Positions 47,812 to 59,230 of a DNA stretch of 64,000 nt are shown here, piece after piece. The notes beneath the pieces are model-generated. The model ran no database searches. It was not told the origin of the DNA and saw nothing but the letters and a program-made list of their open reading frames with translations. The stretch's first letter is position 1. The number at the start of each line of letters is the position of its first letter. A program made the position numbers and the translations under genes. The stretch is from Octopus sinensis (Eukaryota): positions 9,114,001 to 9,178,000 of the forward strand of contig NC_043020.1 in the NCBI RefSeq assembly GCF_006345805.1, read 5' to 3'.

Positions 47812-48413
47812 AAGCGGCGAGCTGGCAGAAACGTTAGCACGCCGGGCGAAATGCTTAGCGGTATTTCGTCTGCCGTTACGTTGTGAGTTCAAATTCCGCC
47901 GAGGTCGACTTTGCCTTTCATCCTTTCAGGGTCGATAAATTAAGTACCAGTTACGAACTGGGGTCGATGTAATCCACTTAATACCTATGTCTATCCTTGT
48001 TTGTCCCATCTGTGTTTAGCCCCTTGTGGGTAGTAAAGAAACAGGTATTTTGTCTGCCATTACGTTCTGAGTTCAAATTCTGCCGAGGTCGACTTTGCCT
48101 TTCATCCTTTCAGGGTCGATAAATTAAGTACCAGTGACGCACTGGGGTCGATGTAATCGACTTAATACCTATGTCTATCCTTGTTTGTCCCATCTGTGTT
48201 CAGCCCCTTGTGGGTAGTAAAGAAACAGGTATTTTGTCTGCCGTTACGTTCTGAGTTCAAATTCCGCCGAGGTCGACTTTGCCTTTCATCCTTTCGGGGT
48301 CGATAAATTAAGTACCAGTTACGAACTGGGGTCGATGTAATCGACTTAATACCTATGTCTATCCTTGTTTGTCCCGTCTGTGTTTAGCCCCTTGTGGGTA
48401 GTAAAGAAATAGG
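47812..48413 (+). mobile_element. Head-to-tail trimer of SINE-B (period about 184 bp)
   Basis: Units 2 and 3 restart at GGTATTT(C/T)GTCTGCC. Confidence 0.9.
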
Positions 48414-48734
48414 TGCCTTGTTGTGATGAAACCACCACTCCCCACTTTGCCATGGGTCAGGGCATTTTCATCTCACCATGTCTCGCAAACTGTCAAGTAA
48501 AACATCTGGTTAGCAGATTGACCAGGAGGAACAAATACTGGGTGCAGAATTCCTTTTGCATTGATGAAAGAAATCAGCATCATCTTGTCATTGGAATTTC
48601 CTTGATGTCCTTTTCCGGGACATGCTGATAATATTGAAGGCTTCCATTGACTTGATTGCTGCCTCGTTTCCAGGTCGTAGCCATAGCACCAGCTTTTTTT
48701 TTTCTCCAGTGATGACCTTTGAAAATAGGTTCTC

Positions 48735-49165
48735 TCCCTCTCTCTCTATCTATCTATCCCTTTCTCTCTCTCTCTTTATCTATCTATCCCTTTCTCTCTC
48801 TCCCTCTCTATCTGTGTCTCTCTCTCCATCTGTCTGTCTATCTCTTTCTGTTTGTCTGTCTGTTTGTCTGTCTCTCTCCATCCGTTCGTCTGTCTGTCTG
48901 CCTCTCTCTTTCTGATTGTCTGTCTCTCTATCAATCTACCTATCTCTCTCTATCTATCTATCCCTTTCTCTCTCTATCTGTCTGTCTCTCTCTCTCCATT
49001 TGTCTGTCTATCTATCTGTCTCTCTCTTTCTGTCTGTTTGTCTCTCTCCGTCCGTCTGTCTCTGTCCGTCTGTCTCTCTCCATCCGTCCGTCTGCCTCTC
49101 TCTTTCTGATTGTCTGTCTCTCTATCAACCTACCCATCTCTCTTTCTCTCTCTGTCTCTCTATCT
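48735..49165. repeat. Compound (CT)/(CTGT)/(CTAT) microsatellite ending at the protease exon acceptor
   Basis: Direct reading. Confidence 0.9.
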
Positions 49166-49179
49166 ATTTTTTGTTGCAG

Positions 49180-49345
49180 TGTTGGAGAGCTCCAGGATAA
49201 ATTATATAGTTTCCGGTCGGAAGGTGGCCGAGTGTGAACAGCCGTACATTGTCCATTTGCTGATAACAAAGACAAGCAATGAGAACTTCAGGTGTGCTGG
49301 GACGATCGTGGATAACAGCCACATAATCACAGCTGCCCATTGTAT
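49180..49345 (+). CDS. S1 serine protease exon: propeptide, IVSG N-terminus, CAG motif and catalytic His (TAAHC)
   Basis: gttgcag| and |gtgagt; translates LESSRINYIVSGRKVAECEQPYIVHLLITKTSNENFRCAGTIVDNSHIITAAHC; phase-2 intron after the His motif, typical of trypsin-family genes. Confidence 0.95.
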
Positions 49346-49710
49346 GTGAGTAATGAATTTTGTTAATCTCTACAAACAACTCTGGTTTCAGGTAAAAAGC
49401 ACCTGCGCTCGGTGCCGCTTAAAAGAACCTGAACTGGTGACATGCAAAATGCATCTGTGCTGGTTCTGTACATAAGCACCCATGCCTGGTGCCACATATA
49501 AAGCACTGGCGCTGGTGCCACGTACAAATGGACCCGGTCCACTCTGTAAAGTGGTTGGGATTTCGGAAGGGCATCCAGCCGTAGAACCATGCCAAACACA
49601 AATGATTGGAGTCTGGTGTAAGTGAAAATGAGTAGTACCTGTAATTCAATGGGCCATCCTTGTATCACATTCTCAGTCATGCTGAAGAATCTTCCTGGGA
49701 ACTAGTTTAA

Positions 49711-49930
49711 CCCTTTAGTGTTCGCATTATTTTACCAAAATTAATGCTTTTTATCCACCTTGTTTTGAATTCATCATGCATTACCTTGTAACTTTGAGAG
49801 TCTGATGAGGTAATTGTTAATTTTTAAAATGATATTGTAGGGTTGGTGTGACAGACCAGATCTTGCCAGTTTGAACATAAAACAGGTAGAATACTTTTGG
49901 CCGGATATGGCCGGTTTAAATGCTAAAGGG
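49711..49930. mobile_element. piggyBac-type MITE
   Basis: TTAA|CCCTTTAG...CTAAAGGG|TTAA. Confidence 0.85.
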
Positions 49931-50107
49931 TTAATGGCAGGTATGTCTGTGGAGTACTCAGCCACTTGCATGTTAATTTCACAAGCAGGCTGTTCCGTTG
50001 ATTGGATCAATTGGAACCTTCAATGTTGTAACCGACAGAGTGGCAGTTGGCCAGCTCCAGTTCAACCATGCAACCTTTGCCAGCATGGAAGACGGATGAA
50101 GATGATG

Positions 50108-50109
<2 letters not shown>

Positions 50110-50150
<41 letters not shown>

Positions 50151-50499
50151 TGTGTACAGTGCTCAGGTGCACTACAACTCATCTAAAGTGTATATATAAT
50201 CAGGTGTAGTTTCGGCGGATTTCGGAAAGCATGAGGGCCTTAAAGGATGCAGTGTCGTGGCAGTCAACAACTGACGCAGGCAGTTTGTTCCATGCTTCAG
50301 CAACTCTGAGCGTGAAAAAATGTTTCCGAAAGTCATGGGAGCTGTGTTGTTTTCTGACTTTGTAGGCATGTCCACGTGTGTTAGACACATGGAGATCAAA
50401 AAGGTGTTCAGTGTTGTTGTTGGTGAAGTGATTGATAACTTTGTGGGTGTTTACCAAGTCCATCGCCAGACGCCGGAGCTTCAGTGAATCCATGCCCAG
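50110..50499 (-). mobile_element. CR1 3' fragment (short-UTR subfamily), antisense in protease intron
   Basis: ORF 50200-50493, same peptide as 35128-35421. Confidence 0.92.
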
Positions 50500-50538
50500 G
50501 GATGATGGTGATGATTATACATTTGTGCTCCATTTCAG

Positions 50539-50663
50539 CTCCAGTGATGTGAAATATGTCTACGTTCTGTATGGTTCAGTTTCAAAATCAAAGTTTACGT
50601 CTCTGGTCAAAGTTTCCAACTACACTGTACACACGATGTTCCAGAAGATGGACGACAACATCT
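50539..50663 (+). CDS. S1 serine protease exon (SSDVKYVYVLYGSVSKSKFTSLVKVSNYTVHTMFQKMDDNI)
   Basis: catttcag| and |gtgagt; phase 2 to 1; in frame between the His and Asp exons; V.V.G and VH..F pattern. Confidence 0.9.
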
Positions 50664-50884
50664 GTGAGTATTTAATTTGGGATATTTCTCACTGGTTCCT
50701 TGGTTCTTTGGGTGGAGGTGGGGGGTAAGGAAAGAGTGAGAGTGTGTGAGTGAAAGAGAGAGAGAGAGGGGGGCAGAGAAAGGAGGAGGGTCTGAGAGAG
50801 AGACACATAGATATAAAGAGGTTGATATATATATATATATGTATATATATAGAGAGAGAGAGAGAGAGAAAAAGAAAAGTGAAG

Positions 50885-51294
50885 TGTGTGGTAAGTAGCT
50901 TGCCTACCAACCACATGGTTCTGGGTTCAGTCCCACTGCGTGGCATCTTGGGCAAGTGTCTTCTGCTATAGCCTGGGGCCGACCAATGCCTTGTGAGTGG
51001 CTTTGGTAGATGGAAACTGAAAGAAGCCTGTCGTATATATGTATATATATGTATGTGTGTGTGTGTATATGTTTGTGTGTCTGTGTTTGTTCCCCTAGCA
51101 TTGCTTGACAACCGATGTTGGTGTGTTTACGTCCCCCCGTCACTTAGCGGTTCGGCAAAAGAGACCGATAGAATAAGTACTGGGCTTACAAAGAATAAGT
51201 CCCGGGGTCGATTTGCTCGACTAAAGGCGATGCCCCAGCATGGCCGCAGTCAAATGACTGAAACAAGTAAAAGAGTAAAAGAGTATAGATAGAT
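50885..51294 (+). mobile_element. SINE-A, 5'-clipped
   Basis: Same consensus from GTGTGGTAAGTAGC onward. Confidence 0.88.
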
Positions 51295-51508
51295 AAAGGT
51301 AGACAGACAGACAGATAGAGACACAGATAGATACAGCAAAACTTAACAGGTGTTTGGCGCCAATTAGAACACCATTAAAAGATCAATATTTAACAAAAAC
51401 TGTTTTAGTTCACAAATAATGGTATTCACTCCTTTAGAATAGAACGGCTGCCAGAAAAATATATTTAGAAATTAAGAAATGAAAAAAGAAAGTAAAAAAA
51501 ATAATCCC

Positions 51509-51660
51509 CTGTGTGGTAAGTAGCTTGCTAACCAACCACATGGTTCCGGGTTCAGTCCCACTGCGTGGCATCTTGGGCAAGTGTCTTCTGCTATAGCCCC
51601 GGGCCGACCAATGCCTTGTGAGTGGATTTGGTAGACGGAAACTGAAAGAAGCCTGTCGTA

Positions 51661-51730
<70 letters not shown>

Positions 51731-51926
51731 CTGTGTTTGTCCCCCTAGCATTGCTTGACAACCGATGCTGGTGTGTTTACGTCCCCGTCACTTAGCGGTT
51801 TGGCAAAAGAGACTGATAGAATAAGTACTGGGCTTACAAAGAATAAGTCCCGGGGTCGATTTGCTCGACTAAAGGCGGTGCTCCAGCATGGCCGCAGTCA
51901 AATGACTGAAACAAGTAAAAGAGTAA
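51509..51926 (+). mobile_element. SINE-A, 5'-clipped
   Basis: Same consensus. Confidence 0.88.
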
Positions 51927-52330
51927 AGATAGATAGAAAAGAACACTAGGGAAAATATATATGTATAGATAGGTAGGTAGACAGACAGCCAGATATAGAT
52001 AGAGTGAGAGAGAGAAAGATTGATACATATCTATAAAATGCTTGGTGAGAGAGAGAGATATATACATACCTACCATACCTGTATGTATACAAATATCTAT
52101 TGTACTTTGTTTTTTTATATTTGTATCTATAGAGTTCTCTCAATTTGAGTGTGTGTGTGTGTGTCTATAAATCTATCCATATGCTTACCTATTTCTCTCT
52201 GCTTTTATGTACATAATCTTATATGTATGTATATCTACCCTCACTCTCTCTCTCCCAACACAGACTTATATTTCATGCATATGTATATCTGCCTATCAAT
52301 CTATGTATGTTTATATATATATACATATAT

Positions 52331-52604
52331 AAATAAATGAAAGAATGGAGTTGAACGACGATTTAACAAAATTCCTTTATTCTCGACATATGTTTTGAAG
52401 GCTGCATATTCCTAATTTCGAAGGAATAAGGGGTGCATTATGCCGCCTTCTCATCAGGACATAAGTTCCTTGTTTTTCCTGATGAGAAAGCGGCATAATG
52501 CACCCTTATTCCTTCGAAATTAGGAATATGCAGCCTTCGAAACATATGTCGAAAATAAAGGAATTTTGTTAAATCGTTGTTCAACTCCATTCTTTCATTT
52601 ATTT
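52331..52604. repeat. 274-bp near-perfect palindrome (arms about 128 bp, spacer about 17 bp), probable inverted Penelope-like terminal repeat
   Basis: AAATAAATGAAAGAATGGAGTTGAAC...CTCATCAGGA is mirrored by TCCTGATGAG...GTTCAACTCCATTCTTTCATTTATTT with few mismatches. Confidence 0.95.
52474..52555 (+). ncRNA. Type I minimal hammerhead ribozyme (Penelope-type) in the right arm of a palindrome
   Basis: TTTTC-CTGATGA-GAAAG...CCTTC-GAAA-CATATG-TC|GAAAA: 5-bp helix I, palindromic ACATATGT helix III, GUC site; predicted cleavage after C52550. Confidence 0.8.
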
Positions 52605-52804
52605 GTATTAAAAAAACACACAAATTTCCACACGAAAGCACGTGATCTCTGCCCTTGGCATGTAGCTTCAATCGTGTTTTTCTGACGTGAATTTGCTACC
52701 CAGGTATCGGTTAACCGAATTATCCATACTAAGATAATTCATTCAACTACTTATATATATATGTATATATATGATGTATTATTTTACTGTTGTCTTTATT
52801 TCAG

Positions 52805-52936
52805 TGAACGACATTGGCCTCCTGACCCTCAGCACACCCCTGCAGTTCAATAAATGCCTACAACCTCTCCAGTTAGCCACAGCTTGTGAGAAATATCAAG
52901 GAGACTGTCTCATCTCAGGATGGGGGAAAACAAGCA
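52805..52936 (+). CDS. S1 serine protease exon with catalytic Asp (NDIGLL) and CLISGWG
   Basis: tttcag| and |gtaaga; phase 1 to 1. Confidence 0.95.
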
Positions 52937-53139
52937 GTAAGACCTTTACACCAGCCACACACACTCTCTCTCTTCATTTTTAATTAAACTTTCTGTCACC
53001 GTTTCTCATCCTTTATCTCTAAGATGTGCACACACACACACACATATATATGCATACTCATATCTTTACTTACTTATATCCTCTCACACACACACAGACA
53101 TATACACATACATACTCATTTACACACACATATATAGGC

Positions 53140-53497
53140 GAACTGGCAGGCCTTTCATCCTTTCGGGGTCGATAAATTAAGTACCAGTTACGCACTGGGG
53201 TCGATGTAATCGACTTAATACCTATGTCTGTCCTTGTTTGTCCCCTCTATGTTTAGCCTCTTGTGGGCAATAAAGAAATAAGAAATGTTAGCAGGCCGGG
53301 CGAAATGTGTAGCCGTATTTCGTCTGTCGTTACGTTGTGAGTTCAAATTCCGCCGAGGTTGACTTTGCCTTTCATCCTTTCGGGGTCGATAAATAAAGTA
53401 CCAGTTACGCACTGGAGTCGATGTAATTGACTTAATCCCTTTGTCTGTCCTTGTTTGTCCCCTCTATGTTTAACCCCTTGTGGGCAATAAAGAAATA
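53140..53497 (+). mobile_element. Head-to-tail dimer of SINE-B
   Basis: Junction AAAGAAATAAGAAATGTTAGC. Confidence 0.85.
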
Positions 53498-53848
53498 TAT
53501 ATACACTCACAAACATGTGTATATACACACATGTATACAAATACAGGCACATTTGCGATTTTTTCCTGTGAATAAGATTGGTATGATGTCTGTCTGTCTA
53601 TCTATCTATCTATTGTGGAGGTGCAATGGCCCAGTGGTTAGGGCAGCGGACTCGTGGTTTCAATTCCCAGACCGGGCATTGTGTGTGTTTATTGAGCGAA
53701 AACACTTAAGGCTTGGCCACCTGCACGTTAATTTCACAAGAAGACTGTTCTGGTGATCGAATCAACTGGAAGCTTCTTTGTTGTAACTGACGGAGTGCCA
53801 CGTATGTATATATGTATGTCTGTGTGTGTATATATATATATATATATA

Positions 53849-54092
53849 CGTAGGAGTGGCTGTGTGGTAAGTAGCTTGCTTACAAACCACATGGTTCTGG
53901 GTTCAGTCCCTCTGCGTGGCACCTTGGGTAAGTGTCTTCTACTATAGCCTCAGGCTGACCAAAGCCTTGTGAATGGATTTGGTAGAAGGAAACTGAAAGA
54001 AGCCCGTCAGAATATGTCCTGGGGTCGATTTGCTTGGCTAAAGGCGGTGCTTCAGCATGGCCACAGTCAAATGACTGAAACAAGTAAAAGAG
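53849..54092 (+). mobile_element. SINE-A with internal deletion
   Basis: Head through GAAGCCCGTC joined to the 3' block AGAATATGTCCTGGGGTCG...GTAAAAGAG. Confidence 0.85.
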
Positions 54093-54234
54093 TATACATA
54101 TATATATACACACACACACAAATGCAAAACCAGTTGGAAGAAAATAGTACTCAAATACCGAAGGCCTACGTATATATATATATACACACATACATAAAAA
54201 ACTGTTACTCAGAGTTTCATGCATGTGTATATAT

Positions 54235-54611
54235 ACTCTTTTACTTGTTTCAGTCATTTGACTGCGGCCATGCTGGAGCACCGCCTTTAGTCGAGCAAAT
54301 CGACCCCGGGACTTATTCTTTGTAAGCCCACTACTTATTCTATCGGTCTCTTTTTGCCGAACCGCTAAGTGATGGGGACGTAAACACACCAGCATCGGTT
54401 GTCAAGCAATGCTAGGGGGACAAACACAGACACACAAACATATATATACGACAGGCTTCTTTCAGTTTCCGTCTACCAAATCCACTCACAAGGCATTGGT
54501 CGGCCTGGGGCTATAGCAGAAGACACTTATCCAAGATGCCACGCAGTGGGACTGAACCCGGAACCATGTGGTTGGTTAGCAAGCTACTTACCACACAGCC
54601 ACTCCTACGCC
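54235..54611 (-). mobile_element. SINE-A, inverted relative to 53849-54092
   Basis: Same consensus. Confidence 0.9.
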
Positions 54612-54938
54612 TATATATATATTTAGAAGCATACATATCTAAATGCATTTCTTGAGTGTCAACCTAATACAACTTGTTTGTTGTTCCCTTACTTGTCTCC
54701 GTCTTTGGGTTTTTTGCACAATTTTGAACCATATATATACATATGCCAGGCACCTGCGTGACTGGTGGCTTGTGAAAAGCACCCACTACACTCTCGGAGT
54801 GGTTGGTTGTTAGGAAGGGTATCCAGTTGTAGAAACATTGCCAGATTAGATTGGAGCCTGGCACAGCTTTCAGTCAAACTATCCAACCCATGCCAGCATG
54901 GAAAATGGATATTAATGATGATGAGATATATATATATA

Positions 54939-55346
54939 GATAGATCGCTAGCCACTAAGCCATTTTTATTTTCTCTCCCTGTTTATTTCTGTTGAAGAGC
55001 ATAGGCTCGAAACGTAAAAGACTTTCTCACTTCCTGAGTGTTAAACCAATACGTCTGTTTGTTGTTTACACACCCATCTTTGTCTTTTGTTTTTTTGTAA
55101 ATCCTCAGTATATATATATATATATATTGTTTAAACCTCGCCAATATAAATATTTAAACCACCTGATGAATGACTGCGACTCAAAAATTTGAAGAAGTTA
55201 GCAGGCATGAAACGATCATAGTGTGATATTAATTATATTTTTTAATAATTTTGTTATATATTTAATAATATATATAAATAATCTTATGTATTGGCTTAAG
55301 TTTTTCATTGTTTGATTTGCCTAATAGTGGTTTTGTCTCTAATTTA
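54939..55346 (+). mobile_element. Non-autonomous Penelope-like terminal element with two tandem hammerhead-like motifs (copy 2)
   Basis: Same order of blocks as 7930-8349; motifs at 54989-55020 (CTGTTGA..GAAACGTA) and 55163-55224 (CTGATGA..GAAACGATCATA). Confidence 0.7.
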
Positions 55347-55348
55347 TA

Positions 55349-58300
55349 TCATCATCATCATCATCGTCGTTTAACGTCCGTTCTCCATGCTAGCATGGGT
55401 TGGACGGTTCGACCGGGGTTCTGGGAAGCCAGAAGGCTGCACCAGGCTCCAGTCTAATTTGGCAATGTTTCTACAGCTGGATGCCCTTCTAACGCCAACC
55501 ACTCCGTGAGTGTAGTGGGTGCTTTTTACGTGCCACCTGCACAGGTGCCAGGCGGGGCTGGCAACGGCCACGGTCAGATTGGTGTATTTTATGTGCCACC
55601 GGCACGGAAGCCAGTCGAGGCGGTGCTGGCATCGGCCACGAGTCGGATAGTGCTTTTTACGTACCACCAGACCAGGGATCCTGGCTGGTTCAATTCGATT
55701 TCGATTTCGCTTGCCCCAACATGTCTTCACAAGCAAAGGGGGTTGGCAAGGGTGCCTGTCGTACGGTCGCATTGGAGTATTTTACGTGCCACGGCCACGA
55801 GTCGGATAGTGCTTTTTACGTACCACCAGACCAGGGATCCTGGCTGGTTCATTCGATTCGATTTCGATTTCGCTTGCCCCAGCATGTCTTCACAAGCAAG
55901 GGGGTTGGCATGGGTGCCTGTCGTACGGTCGCATTGGAGTATTTTACGTGCCACGGCCCCGAGTCGGATAGTGCTTTTTACGTACCACCAGGCCAGGGAT
56001 CCTGGCTGGTTCAATTCGGTTTCGATTTCGCTTGCCCCAACATGTCTTCGCAAGCATGGGGGGTTGGATGGGTGTCTGTCGTCGGATGAGGTTCTATATC
56101 GACTTCGCTTGCCTCAACCGGTCTTTGTGTCCAAGGAGGAAAGGCATTCATAAGTGGGCTGGGCTCACTTGTCCTGCCTGGTCTTCTCACGTACAGAATA
56201 TTTCCAAAGGTCTCGGTCTCTGGTCATTTCCTCAGTGAGGCCTAAAGTTCGAAGGTCGTGCTTCACCACCTCGTCCCAGGTTTTCCTGGGTCTACCTCTT
56301 CCACGGGTTCCCTCAACTGCTAGGGATTGGCACTTTCTCACACACCTATCTTCATCCATTCTCGCCACATGACCATACCAGCGCAATCGTCTCTCTTGCA
56401 ACACCACAACTGATGCTTCTTAGGTACAGCATTTCTCTCAAGGTGCTAACGCTCTGTCGAGTATGTACACTGACATTACACATCCATCGGAGCATACTGG
56501 CTTCATTCCTCACGAGCTTACGCATGTCCTCAGCAGTCACAGCCCACGTTTCGCTGCCATGTAGCATGGCTGTTCGTACACACGCATCATACAGTCTGCC
56601 TTTTACTCTGAGCGAGAGGCCTTTAGTCACCAGCAGAGGTAAGAGCTCCCTAAATTGCCCAGGCTATTCTTATTCTAGCAGTTACACTTTCAGCGCACCC
56701 ACCCCCACTACTGACTTGGTCACCTAGATAACGGAAGCTATCAACTACTTCTAGTTTTTCCCCCTGGAAAGTGACGGAAGTTGTTTTCTGCAGATTTTCG
56801 GAGGTTAATGCTCCCGAGCATCTGCCACATACAAAAACTATCTTCCCAGTTAGCCTACCTTTGACATTGCTGCACCTCTTATGTGTCCATAGCTTACACT
56901 GGGTACATCTTATAGAGTTTCTACCTACACCTTTTCTACAGATCGAGCAGGGCCATCTTCCTGAAGATATTTGTGGATTGTCTACCTTTCTACTTATTAG
57001 TACTTTGGTTTTAGCTAGGTTGACTCTAAGGCCCCTTGATTCTAAACCCTCCTTCCACACCTGGAACTTCTCCTCCAGTTCTGATAGTGACTCAGCATAA
57101 GAGCAAGGTCGTCAGCGTAGAGGAGCTCCCAGGGACAGCCTGTCTTGAATTCCTCCGTAATTGCCTGGAGTACTATGATAAATAGGAGGGGGCTGAGTAC
57201 TGAACCCTGGTGGACCCCAACCTCTACTTTGAATTCTTCTGTGTACATGTTGCCAACCCTAACCTTACTTACGGCATCTCTGTACATGGCTTGCACAGTC
57301 CTCACCAGCCATTCATCTATCCCTAGTTTCCTCATTGACCACCAGATAAGGGATCGGGGGACCCTATCAAAAGCTTTCTCCATGTCAACGAAAGCCAGGT
57401 ACAGGGGCTTATCTTTGGCTAGGTATTGCTCCTGCAGCTGCCTTACCAGGAATATAGCATCAGTGGTACTTTTTCCTGGCACGAACCCAAACTGCATCTC
57501 ATCTAAACTAACTCTCTCTCTGATTAGTTGGGCTATGACCCTCTCGTAACCTTCATTACTTGATCCAACAGCTTGATACCTCTGTAATTATTTGTATCTA
57601 GGGCATCACCTTTACCTTTGTAGCAGTTGACTAGTATGCTGCTGCACCAGTCATTGGGTATGACTCCTTCGTGTATCACCTGGTTGACTATACGGGTGAC
57701 TAGGTTATAGCCGACACTGCCAGATATTTTGAGCATCTCTGCAGTAATTCCTGATGGGCCTGGGGCTTTCCCTGTCTTCATGCTTCTAATTGCCTTAGCT
57801 ACCACGGAACTATCAACTCGGATAGCTGGTCCCTCTGTAGGGTCAACATTCGGCAGACTCTCTTTATCCCATTCATTTTCCTCATTCAGTAACCTTTCAG
57901 TCTCCAAGCTTCTCTCTTTGCATCCTCATTTAGCGCAAGTGAACCATCCTCCATGCGAACACATTTCTCTCCTACCACATCACGATTCTCTCTCACACAC
58001 TGTCTTGCAACACGAAATACCTCAAGTCTTTCATCCTCACGGCGCAGGACATTGGCAAATTTTCTCTTATCTGCTTCCCCTCTGGCTAGATAGACCTGTC
58101 TCCTAGCTTCCCTTCTGGCAGTCTGATACCCTTCCCTGCTACCACCGTTCTTCCAGGCCTTCCAAGCCTGTTTCTTTTGTCTAATAGCCCTGTCAACAAT
58201 ATTGTTCCACCACCACGTTATTTTGGGTCTTAAGGGGACTTTGCACCAGCCACAGATCTGGTCAGCGGCTTTCAGCAGGTGTCCCTCAGAAACGTCCAGT

Positions 58301-59230
58301 GTCTTCTACCCCATGTGTAGCTATACCCCCTTCCACTTCGTCAAAGGCTTCAAGTAACATATCTCTAAATCTCTGTCCATTCGCAGGGGCTTTAAGCTTC
58401 CAGACCCTTCTCTCCATGTTGGTCGTCTTCTAGTCGCCCTCTTAGTCCTGATCCTAAAGTCACTAACTACCAGTCTATGTTGTGGGGTGCATTCTTCGCC
58501 TGGGAAGGTTTTGGCATTTTTAAGCAGCCATCTTTCCCTTTTTCTGGCAAGGATGTAGTCGATTTGGCTAGTATGCCGGCCCGATCGGTAGGTGACCAGG
58601 TGGCTTGTTGGTTTCCTGAAGTTAGTGTTGCAGACCATAAGACTATTCGCATCGCAGAACTCCAGCAGCCTGGTTCCTCCTCGTTGCGGGAACCATAACC
58701 GTAGCCTCCATGTACGCCATGGAAGCCCCCAGCATGTCGTCCAACATGCCCATTGAAATCACCAGCCACAAAGAGAAGGTCCCTGTCGTTCGTCGATGAG
58801 GTGGTCTGCAGTAGGGTGTCATAGAAACTGTCTTTCTGTCCATCGGGTAGCCCTGGCTGAGGGGCATAGGCCGAATAATGGTTGCTAATCTATTATGAAG
58901 CACTATTCTAATCTTAAGTATTCTGTCACTTACTCTGATTACCTCAATTACTCTATCTATCCATTTCTCAGCGATAATTATACCCACGCCACCAACCCCG
59001 TCAGTGTTCCCTGCCCAGAAAATCTTGTACCTGTGTCCCTTGCCTGTGAGGACCCTAGCAGATCCTCCTCTCCACCTTATTTCTTGCATACAACATACAT
59101 CAACACGTCTCCGTTCAAGCATCTCGACTATCTCGCCAGACCTACCTTTCAATGTGCCAACGTTGAGGGTGCCTACCCTGAGGGTGTGGGCCTCTGAGAC
59201 CCTGGGATGAGGGGCCGCAGTGTTCTGTAC
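55349..59230 (-). mobile_element. Near-full-length RTE-clade LINE (APE endonuclease, RT, PHD-type finger, long repeat-containing 3' UTR, (GAT)n tail), antisense in protease intron
   Basis: Consecutive minus-strand ORF pieces give LRVGTLNVGTL..QE.RW, AGDFNGH, IDYIL, QFGFVPGKSTTDAI, AFVDMEKAFDRVP, GVHQGSVLSPLLF, LLYADD, FRYLG, LRWYGHV, RGRGRPRKTW. ORF stop at 56165; broken by about 10 indels. Confidence 0.97.

Larger units (their letters stand above)
47090..48722 (-). mobile_element. Decayed mariner transposon (transposase catalytic region plus one end), interrupted by SINEs at 47163-47519 and 47812-48413
   Basis: Minus-strand translation gives KVITG..(SW)CYGYDLETRQQSSQWK, KMMLISFINAKGILHPVFVPPGQS.NQ.FY, SVRQFL..NGMT.LAHSPYTPNLAPCESFLF, QEFQDCFEQW..GEY. 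TA-CGAGGG terminus at 47088-47097. Confidence 0.88.

Noticed and set aside
49802-49830. CTGATGAG in a piggyBac MITE
   Set aside because: No helix II or GAAA follows; chance match.
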